DNA of 64,000 nucleotides from Ponticaulis sp. (lineage in GTDB: Bacteria; Pseudomonadota; Alphaproteobacteria; Caulobacterales; Hyphomonadaceae), in the NCBI GenBank assembly GCA_002701295.1, contig NZUJ01000124.1, positions 53,986 through 117,985 on the forward strand, in the 5' to 3' direction. Below are positions 56,457 through 64,000 of this stretch, piece by piece. Every line of letters starts with the position of its first letter. Positions within the stretch are counted from its first letter, which is position 1. The translations under genes were made by a program, and so were the position numbers. The notes beneath the pieces were generated by a model. It was given only the letters and a program-made list of their open reading frames with translations, made no database searches and had not been told where the DNA came from.

Positions 56457-58421
56457 TCAATTCACATTCGCGTTTTCATCTATCGGCAGATATTTGTCCA
56501 AAAACGCCCCCATCGCCGCAAGAGCTTCAATCCGGGTTTCGCGCCTCGACAGCCAGTGATCTTCGTCTTTTAGCCTGACGAATTCAACGGTCTTACTCTC
56601 TCGTTTCAAGGCGTTTTCCATGATTTCACTTTGCTCAATCTGAACAACTGTGTCGTCGTCTCCATGGATCAGAAGGACCGGCGCTGAAAATTGTTCAGCA
56701 TACTTGACCGGCGAAACCACCTCCATTTTAGCTTGTCCGCCGTCCGGCCCGGCCATGACTTCTTTCCAATAATCCAGAGCGGTACTCCACTGTCCGTTTC
56801 TGTCGTATGCCGCTTTCACCATCCGCGGGAGGCTGGAAATACCACCGCCAGAAATGACACATTTGAAGCGACCGGCTTCGAAGGCTCCAGCGGCAAGCGC
56901 GGCATATCCGCCATAGCTCCAACCAGCGATGCAAACCTTTTCCTTGTCGACCCAGCCACGTTCGGCCATCGCATCGATCCCGTCGATCAAGTCGGTCTGC
57001 ATCTTATTGCCCCACTCACCCTTCCCAGCTTGGTAAAAGTCCGACCCGTATCCCGTGGATCCGCGAAAATTGGGCTGAAGAACGACATAACCCTTACTCG
57101 CGAAGTACTGCGCCATATAGTCAAATGACACCGTATCGTGAGATGCCGGGCCACCATGTGGCAAAACCACCATGGAAAGCCCGCTCTTCTCGTCGGGTCG
57201 GATTTCAGGTGGCCAGGTCACGATCGCTTCGATCGGTATTCCATCGCGGGCGGCATACTCGATCGTATGGACGTCGCCGACACTTTCTTGTGGAATATCC
57301 GGGTACCGGGATCCGAGTTTCTGGATGCCTCCACTGTCACGGTCGATCAGAAAAAAGGTACCGGTCCCGCCAAGCCCTGTGTAGACAGTGAAAAGCAGCT
57401 TCGATTTATCGTCGGACCATGAAGACAGGTAGACCGATGCGCCGGGAATTTGACGAGCAAACTCGTTGTAGATCTGGTCAAGTCCATCGTCAAAAAAGTC
57501 ATATGACGGGCGCGCTCCACCAAATCGGAAACCATCAATTATTCCGTTTGTGGACAAGGTCGAACTCACATCCTTGCCTCTGCTTTCGGACAGATATGGC
57601 TTGAGGGTGGGGTTATCCGGCGACAGCAGGTAAAACCCGTCGCCCTGTTCAGATTCATAGGTCGCCGCGATAAGGAAAGTTTTCTGATCCGGCATAACGC
57701 CAATCAGGCTGTAACGTGGACGCCTGAACTTGTCTCGAAAGATGGTCGTCCATCCGTCCACTCCACCCGGAACCTCGAGGATGTATTCGTCAGATTTAGC
57801 ACCGTATCGTTCTCGAGCCAGAAGCGTTCCGTCAGTTCCGACCGCGTAATCCAGCGTCGTGAAGTCCCCGATGCTATGGATAACGCCTTTGCCATGACTG
57901 AGGCTTACCTTGAACAGATTGTACTCCCAACGTCCGAAAGTCCGCTGCGGCGCCCCCATGTAGACATAGTCTCCACTTTCATCGACCGCTGCGATCCATC
58001 CGACAGACTGTCTGTCACTGATGCCTTTCGTTCCGACGAGTAATTGCTTCGCTGACTGACGCTTGAGATCAATCGCATAGACCTCGGAGTACTCATATTT
58101 TCCGCGAAGACTGCCGTAATAGCCTGAAGTGTCGGTGCCACGTACGATCAGTTTGTCTTCATTGACCCAGATTGTTCCACGAACTTTCAACCCCGAAACG
58201 GGAACCTTTACTCGAGGCGTCATCGTCGCAAGATCAATGACCAGTACTTCAGTTCCCGTTTCCGTATTTTCAGTCACGGCTACTTGTTTACCAGACGGGG
58301 ACAGTTTCATGTCTTCGAATCTGGGAAGCGCGCCAAATTGTTCAGCCAGATCTTGTGCCGACACAGATTGGTCTGACCAACAGACTATTGTAAGTATGAA
58401 ACACGCAAAAAAACCGCGCAT
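56457..58421 (-). CDS. Secreted S9 family peptidase (second paralog)
   Basis: LPHGGP, NFRGS, GWSYGG, HGDDD, DH. Confidence 0.9.
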   Translation of the reverse strand: MRGFFACFILTIVCWSDQSVSAQDLAEQFGALPRFEDMKLSPSGKQVAVTENTETGTEVLVIDLATMTPRVKVPVSGLKVRGTIWVNEDKLIVRGTDTSGYYGSLRGKYEYSEVYAIDLKRQSAKQLLVGTKGISDRQSVGWIAAVDESGDYVYMGAPQRTFGRWEYNLFKVSLSHGKGVIHSIGDFTTLDYAVGTDGTLLARERYGAKSDEYILEVPGGVDGWTTIFRDKFRRPRYSLIGVMPDQKTFLIAATYESEQGDGFYLLSPDNPTLKPYLSESRGKDVSSTLSTNGIIDGFRFGGARPSYDFFDDGLDQIYNEFARQIPGASVYLSSWSDDKSKLLFTVYTGLGGTGTFFLIDRDSGGIQKLGSRYPDIPQESVGDVHTIEYAARDGIPIEAIVTWPPEIRPDEKSGLSMVVLPHGGPASHDTVSFDYMAQYFASKGYVVLQPNFRGSTGYGSDFYQAGKGEWGNKMQTDLIDGIDAMAERGWVDKEKVCIAGWSYGGYAALAAGAFEAGRFKCVISGGGISSLPRMVKAAYDRNGQWSTALDYWKEVMAGPDGGQAKMEVVSPVKYAEQFSAPVLLIHGDDDTVVQIEQSEIMENALKRESKTVEFVRLKDEDHWLSRRETRIEALAAMGAFLDKYLPIDENANVN

Positions 58422-58491
58422 GACGCTTTCTCCCAAACGCTCCGTCTGGTTGTGGCATGTCAGTTTTTCAAGAGGAGATCAACTCAATCTA

Positions 58492-58902
58492 TCAGGCCGC
58501 TTCGCCACCATCGCCGGAGCCGAGGCGGGCGCGTTTATGCTTGGCAATGGTGAACGCGATGGTTTCGAACAGACCCCGCACTTCGACTGGCTTGATAAGA
58601 AACTCGTCTGCGCCCTGTTCGAGACACTGCCCGCGAAGGTTCAGAGCCGTATCAGCCGTAACCACGATGATGGGTATTTCGGACTTTTCGTCCTCGCGTG
58701 CTCGGATCCGGCGAATGGCCTCCATGCCATCCATACCTGGCATGCGAAGATCCATGAGAATGAGGTCGTAATTTTCTTCGTCGATCTTGCGAAGCCCGGT
58801 CAATGCGTCCTCGGCTTCATGCAATTCAATCTTGGCGGCGGTGAGCATCTCCTTCACCACGCGTCGATTCATTGGATCGTCTTCTACGAACAAAATTCTC
58901 AT
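58492..58902 (-). CDS. Single-domain response regulator
   Basis: VEDD, DLILMD, TA, IKP all intact. Confidence 0.92.
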   Translation of the reverse strand: MRILFVEDDPMNRRVVKEMLTAAKIELHEAEDALTGLRKIDEENYDLILMDLRMPGMDGMEAIRRIRAREDEKSEIPIIVVTADTALNLRGQCLEQGADEFLIKPVEVRGLFETIAFTIAKHKRARLGSGDGGEAA

Positions 58903-58977
58903 CAATTTCGTCAGACTTCACTCCAGTAGGCCAAATATTAGCCTACCATATTCCTAAGTTATGTTTAAGCGTTAGCT

Positions 58978-61491
58978 TCAATTGGCATCCGCTATAACGT
59001 TTTGTTGTGTACTTCTAATCCCCGTTTCATCCCTGTCTGCCGCCAATAATTGTCTGATCGCAGACCAGATATGCTCCGGTTCATACTCGGGCACGACCAC
59101 GCAGGAAACTCCCGAGTGTACTTCTGGTTCCGAAGTTCCAAGCACAGCCAGTTTCGTCGACAATTCTGACAAGTCTGTGCCGGAAGCTTCAAAGTCTGCC
59201 CACATCTGTTCCGGAAATATTGCCAGATGAAACTGACAACTTGTCAATTTTTCCGTAAAATCTTCAATCGAATCTGAAACATGAAGCCGGGCAACATCGT
59301 CGCGAATAAAGGCTTCCAGAACCATCTTCTGCATGAAGTCATCCTGGAAGATCAGAATGCTGGCATCTTTCGGTCCGGCGATCGGGCTGTTTCCATCAAG
59401 AGCCAGCTCGCCTGTTTCTGTCACGCCTTTTTCGATAATCGTCAGAGGAAGCCGCACGGTAAATGCAGACCCCTCGCCTGCCTGGCTTTCGACATCGATT
59501 GTTCCATTCATTGCCTGACAGAAGTTTCGACAGATCGACAAACCAAGCCCTGTGCCGGCATATTTCCGCGTCATCGCACCGTCCACCTGGTGGAATGGCT
59601 TGAAGATGTTCTCGAACTCATCTTCAGGAATACCAACACCTGTATCTTCGATGCGAACGGAGAGGACGCCCGGGTCGGCAGCATCATCATAGCCTGCAAC
59701 CACACGGATCTGCCCGGCTTCTGTGAACTTGATCGCGTTTGAAAGCAGATTGAAGAAGATCTGCCGCAAACGTTGTTCATCAGCCTCGACAAACTGAGGG
59801 CAGTTCCCCAGATCGACCTCGAAACCAAGGCCCTTATTGCTGGCATTGTCGCGCCAGAGCAGACAAGCCTCGTCGATCAGCTCACGAAGCTGGACCTCAC
59901 CAATATTCAGCGTGACTTTGCCGGTTTCGATCTTGGCAACATCCAGCAGGTCATCAACAATGGCCTTCATCGACTTGCCGGCGGTTTCAACAACGCTCAG
60001 TCGTTCCCGAATTTCAGGTGAAAGCGACTTATCCTGCAAAATCACCTGAGACATGCCAAGAATGCCGTTTAGCGGCGTTCGGATCTCGTGACTGGTGGTC
60101 GCCAGGAATTCGGTTTTGGCATTGTTTGCCTTTTCAAGCATGCGGTTTGAATCGTTCAGACGGTCATTCACGCGTCCGATCGCGTCACGGCTGCGGCGCA
60201 TAGAGATATAACCGGCAAGCAGGAAGCCGAGGATCAGAATTGCGCCAATACCAACGCCAGCAAAAATCAAAGTGCGCTGACGTGTACGCGCCTGTGCAAT
60301 CTCAACATCCTGCTCGAGGCGCTGAAGTCTGAGCTGTTCGATACGCAGTTCCTGGTTCGTAAAATCAAACTGCGCGGACATCAGTGCAGAATTGGTTGAT
60401 GCAGCGAGGCTCATCGCCTCGTCTTCCAAGCGCTTGAACGCCTCCAGATGCACCAGAGATCGGTCATACATATCGAGCGTCTGATAAATCTGATAGGCGT
60501 GCTCGTGCATTTCCTTGTAGAGCAACGTTGTCTGGCGGGGATCGACACCCGAAAACGTCCGCTCGATAAATCGTCTCGCCGCCTGAGCATCTCCGCGCTC
60601 ATAGGCAACCTCGGCCTTAACGCCCCAGAGAAACGGCTCCCAACCCGACAATTCCCCTTCAGGCATCCGGTCCAGACCCTGATCCGCAGTTTCCTCGGCA
60701 AGATCATATTCGCCGTTCAGCGCATAGGTGTGCGCAAGGTTGGTGAGAATGCGTGCGACGATAAAATCCGGAGCGCCCTGCGTGTTCGCAAATTCAAGAG
60801 CCTGTTGATAGAGCTCACCCGCTTCTTCATAGCGTTCCAGGCCACGTAAGGCGTTCGCCTTATTGTTCAGGTTGAAGAAGACAAATTGCGGGTCGTCATC
60901 ATACACTTCCATAGACTGATCGTAATACGCGATGGCCTGCTCAAAATCGCCAGCGTCCACATGAATGTCGGCAAGCTTTTGAAGTGCGCTACTCTGACTA
61001 CGGAAGTCGCCCTCAGCACGCAAAATATCCAGCGCGAGCATCAGGCTTTCGAGAGCCTTCTGAATTTTACCGATACGCTGAGCGATCCGTCCGCGCGTTA
61101 GCAGAATATTGCCGCGCAGATCATTGGCTTCGATATCGTCGCCCAGAACTTCGAGTGCCCGGTCGACCATGGGCTCCGCCTCTAGTGGCGCATTCGTTCG
61201 GTTGAGCGCTTCGGCTTGCAGCCAGTAAGACGTCGCCAGTCTGCGGGCACGTTCTTCTTCGGTTGCACGCGCTGGCACAAATTGTTCAGCTGTCCGCGCT
61301 CGCTGAAGCGCAATCGCAGGTGCTTCGACCATATTGCTGCGCGCCTCGGCAATGGCGGTGTCAAAATCTGTCCAATCGACGTCGGACATGATTTCAGAAG
61401 TCGGATCAGCGGGATCAACGGCATGGGAGACCCCCGAGAGAGCTCCTAACGCACAGAGTGCGATCAACATATGCCCGCGCCGAGACACCAT
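58978..61491 (-). CDS. Periplasmic-TPR sensor histidine kinase with degenerate C-terminal receiver
   Basis: Signal peptide, TPR helices, one TM, SHEIRTPLNG, NLLSNAIKFT, DTGVGI, GTGLGL. Confidence 0.88.
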   Translation of the reverse strand: MVSRRGHMLIALCALGALSGVSHAVDPADPTSEIMSDVDWTDFDTAIAEARSNMVEAPAIALQRARTAEQFVPARATEEERARRLATSYWLQAEALNRTNAPLEAEPMVDRALEVLGDDIEANDLRGNILLTRGRIAQRIGKIQKALESLMLALDILRAEGDFRSQSSALQKLADIHVDAGDFEQAIAYYDQSMEVYDDDPQFVFFNLNNKANALRGLERYEEAGELYQQALEFANTQGAPDFIVARILTNLAHTYALNGEYDLAEETADQGLDRMPEGELSGWEPFLWGVKAEVAYERGDAQAARRFIERTFSGVDPRQTTLLYKEMHEHAYQIYQTLDMYDRSLVHLEAFKRLEDEAMSLAASTNSALMSAQFDFTNQELRIEQLRLQRLEQDVEIAQARTRQRTLIFAGVGIGAILILGFLLAGYISMRRSRDAIGRVNDRLNDSNRMLEKANNAKTEFLATTSHEIRTPLNGILGMSQVILQDKSLSPEIRERLSVVETAGKSMKAIVDDLLDVAKIETGKVTLNIGEVQLRELIDEACLLWRDNASNKGLGFEVDLGNCPQFVEADEQRLRQIFFNLLSNAIKFTEAGQIRVVAGYDDAADPGVLSVRIEDTGVGIPEDEFENIFKPFHQVDGAMTRKYAGTGLGLSICRNFCQAMNGTIDVESQAGEGSAFTVRLPLTIIEKGVTETGELALDGNSPIAGPKDASILIFQDDFMQKMVLEAFIRDDVARLHVSDSIEDFTEKLTSCQFHLAIFPEQMWADFEASGTDLSELSTKLAVLGTSEPEVHSGVSCVVVPEYEPEHIWSAIRQLLAADRDETGIRSTQQNVIADAN

Positions 61492-61674
61492 TCTGCGTCC
61501 TTCAGAAAAACTGACGGAAAGACTCACACAACTTTCTGAATTTTCCGTTCATTTCTGTTAACCTCGATCAAGTTCAACAGATTGGCGGACGCGGTCAAGA
61601 GGCATGATGACGCCTGCGTCATCATGCAGATTGCAGACGACTCAGGCTTCAACCTTAGCTTTCAGATAGTTGGA

Positions 61675-64000
61675 TCAGAACTTTATGGAGAAGCGGGCAC
61701 CGGTCGCAAATTCCGGATTAAGCGCGTCGGCAGACCCGTTTCCAGCAGTCACATCAGAACGCGTGAAGGCCGAAACTTCGCCCATGCCATCAAACACAGG
61801 AACACCATAACTGAGTTCCAGATTCAGCGTGCGCTGCGCATCTGAAATACCCCAGGTCTGGCTGACCACGCCGAGCTCTCCGGTTTCGCGATCAACAACC
61901 TCTACACCGCTATACAGGAAAGCGCCGTTTTCTACTCTCAACGGCTGAGACAATGTCAGACGCGCCCGGTCCTCATCAGAGAACAAGCCATCCTTACGAA
62001 GACCAATCGCGAAGGCAGACGATGTCAGACCGCCGTCAGCCAATGAGAGCAAGCCGCTATTGAACTGCTCTGCTTCGGTCTGACCGGAAGTTGCCGATAC
62101 GCCAAGCGTCAGGCTGTAAGGCAGCTGGACATCAGCACCGAACGTCATTGCGGTGGTTGTTGCGCCGCCATCCAGCGAGAAGATACCCGTGCCCTGATCG
62201 CCCAGAACGCTGTTCTTTTCACGCAATTGCGTGTAGCCGAGCGACAGCTTGACCGCATCCGTTGCCTGATATGACATCGAGATATTGGCCGCCTGAGCCG
62301 CATAGTCGGACAGACCGTCACCATTGTAGAGACGCACTTCGGTCAGCGGATCAATGTATGAGTGGTCGTCGCTTGTCTCGGTCACACTGGCCGCGAGGGA
62401 TAGTTTCTCGTTAAGCGGCAGAACACTGGAGAGATAGGCACCACCGGATGCCAGACCCAGGAACGGATTCACACCGCCAGTATCGACATCGAAGTCAGAA
62501 TAGAAGCCAAAGACAGCGCTGGAATTCAGACGCGCCGCCGCATCGCCCTGACCGAAACGGAACTCGGTGCCGGTTGTCGTTTGGCGAACCACAAGGTCTG
62601 TCTGGAATGGCAAAGCATTTTCGCGAATGTCTGTGCCAGGAGCATATGATGCCGCGCGCATGGCAACAGCCCATTCGCCGTTCAGACCAAGATTGGCCTC
62701 ATGGCTTTCAACGTCGCCAAAGGCAGATCCACCAGATGCCCAGTCAACAAACCGCTGATAGAGATGGCGCTGGAATTTCCGGTCCTGATCAATTTGATCC
62801 AGTACGGAATCCTGCCCGAAGAGCTGGCTAGACAGTGGAATCCGGAAATCACGGAAGGTATCGCCAACTTCCTCGATGGCGACGACATAAGCGCCATTTT
62901 CCTCAAGGCGGACACGATCCGCGCGGAGGAAGGCATTCTGGATCCAGTCTGCCGATTTACCGCGGCGCAAACGTCCGTCTTCAGATCGGGAGTAATAGTA
63001 AGTGAGGTTTTCCCAGCTGAGCGGAGACAATGCCGCTTCAACGTCGAGCATCCCCCAGCCATAAACGCCATCGACCCCTTCTTCGCCAAGGTCCTGAGCA
63101 GATTGCAGAATAACATCAACGGTTTCTTCGCCGTGCGACTTCCACCACGGCCATGCGCCATGAACCAGCGCTGCAGTACCGGACACCAGAGGCGCCGCGA
63201 AAGACGTACCAACCTGACGCGTCACGCCGCCCTGCCCATCTGAAACCAGAATGAACTCACCTGGCGCAACAAGGAAGTTGTATTTCAGCTTGTTGGATTC
63301 TGCGCAGACACCATCAAACACAGCGCAGGCTTCACCCGGCGTGTTCGACCAGCTGGCGATCTCGCCATCAATGCCAGTTGCTCCGACAATGATCAGTCGA
63401 TCAAGCGCCGCCTGACTTGACCATGCCACGTCACCCGGCTGTACAGCACCTTCATTACCAGCCGCTTTAACGAAGATCGTGCCTTCGCTCGACGGGTCAG
63501 AAACAACACCGCCCAGAATCGACGACCACTCTTCAGACAGCACACTGCCCGGAACACCGAGCGACATGTTAATCACACGCGCATCATTATCCACGAGCGC
63601 ATTGATGCCGAGCTCGACATCATTCCAGCCAGCCGTGTTGGTCTCGTCAAACGGGTTGTAGGTCGCAACGCTGGCATTTGGCGCAATGCCCATAATACCC
63701 CAGGTATCATGTGGCGCGATCATCAGGCTGATGACTGCAGATCCGTGCGTATCTTCGCTATCAGTTGCATACCCGCCGGAATAGATCACATCATGCGACA
63801 GCAAGGTCTCGTCCGTGATGCCAAAGTCCAGAAGACCGATCACCGATTTTGTCTGGTAATCATGATCCTGAGTCAGCGCTGGCGACCAGTTAACCTGACC
63901 CATCCAGTTATCCACGCGGTCCATCCCGGTGAACAGCATCAGCGTATCATACCACTCCACAAAGAACTTCGCGCGATCAGTCGCCGTCATACCTGACAGG
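61675..64000 (-). CDS. S8 subtilisin-like peptidase with beta-rich, barrel-like C-terminus; probably 5'-truncated by the window edge
   Basis: Triad motifs LLDFG, HGSAV, GTSFAAP; AAGN; frame open to 64000; terminal F. Confidence 0.85.
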   Translation of the reverse strand, partial: LSGMTATDRAKFFVEWYDTLMLFTGMDRVDNWMGQVNWSPALTQDHDYQTKSVIGLLDFGITDETLLSHDVIYSGGYATDSEDTHGSAVISLMIAPHDTWGIMGIAPNASVATYNPFDETNTAGWNDVELGINALVDNDARVINMSLGVPGSVLSEEWSSILGGVVSDPSSEGTIFVKAAGNEGAVQPGDVAWSSQAALDRLIIVGATGIDGEIASWSNTPGEACAVFDGVCAESNKLKYNFLVAPGEFILVSDGQGGVTRQVGTSFAAPLVSGTAALVHGAWPWWKSHGEETVDVILQSAQDLGEEGVDGVYGWGMLDVEAALSPLSWENLTYYYSRSEDGRLRRGKSADWIQNAFLRADRVRLEENGAYVVAIEEVGDTFRDFRIPLSSQLFGQDSVLDQIDQDRKFQRHLYQRFVDWASGGSAFGDVESHEANLGLNGEWAVAMRAASYAPGTDIRENALPFQTDLVVRQTTTGTEFRFGQGDAAARLNSSAVFGFYSDFDVDTGGVNPFLGLASGGAYLSSVLPLNEKLSLAASVTETSDDHSYIDPLTEVRLYNGDGLSDYAAQAANISMSYQATDAVKLSLGYTQLREKNSVLGDQGTGIFSLDGGATTTAMTFGADVQLPYSLTLGVSATSGQTEAEQFNSGLLSLADGGLTSSAFAIGLRKDGLFSDEDRARLTLSQPLRVENGAFLYSGVEVVDRETGELGVVSQTWGISDAQRTLNLELSYGVPVFDGMGEVSAFTRSDVTAGNGSADALNPEFATGARFSIKF

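Noticed and set aside
481-63996. Many overlapping or antisense ORFs in the track (e.g. 481-1074, 2365-3081, 16928-17824, 32663-33847, 42403-43224)
   Set aside because: They shadow well-supported genes on the other strand or frame and have no recognisable motifs; expected in GC-rich DNA
1-64000. tRNA, rRNA, transposase or integrase genes
   Set aside because: None recognised by eye; an Infernal or tRNAscan run would be needed to exclude small RNAs

Overview
A 64-kb chromosomal window of an alphaproteobacterium, most likely Hyphomonadaceae/Caulobacterales (inferred from podJ, CtrA boxes, ccr/ecm and several secreted S9 peptidases). It is mostly housekeeping and metabolic DNA: ethylmalonyl-CoA pathway (ecm, ccr), acyl-CoA dehydrogenases, a LiuR-like regulator ahead of a beta-oxidation operon, pyrD, prfA/prmC, nfi, an Fe3+ ABC transporter, kdsB, the ligase-associated Lhr-like helicase and PdeM nuclease, and podJ. 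I saw no rRNA, tRNA, CRISPR array, transposase, integrase or phage structural gene. Four accessory patches stand out. (1) 48.8-50.5 kb is a decayed islet the ORF track does not show as genes: a Lit/U49-like HEXXH peptidase split by one in-frame TAA, an MmcQ/YjbR gene with two compensating frameshifts, and the C-terminal stub of an S9 peptidase. (2) 27.8-32.1 kb holds a GH108 muramidase, two paralogous secreted unknown proteins flanking a tautomerase/HxlR cassette, and an orphan Imm11-like gene. (3) A BlaI + M56 peptidase pair carries an acidic repeat domain behind an internal SD/ATG/signal peptide. (4) 58.5-64 kb is a subtilase, TPR sensor kinase and single-domain response regulator module. 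Several regulatory motifs were read directly from intergenic DNA. All family assignments come from motif recognition, not database searches.
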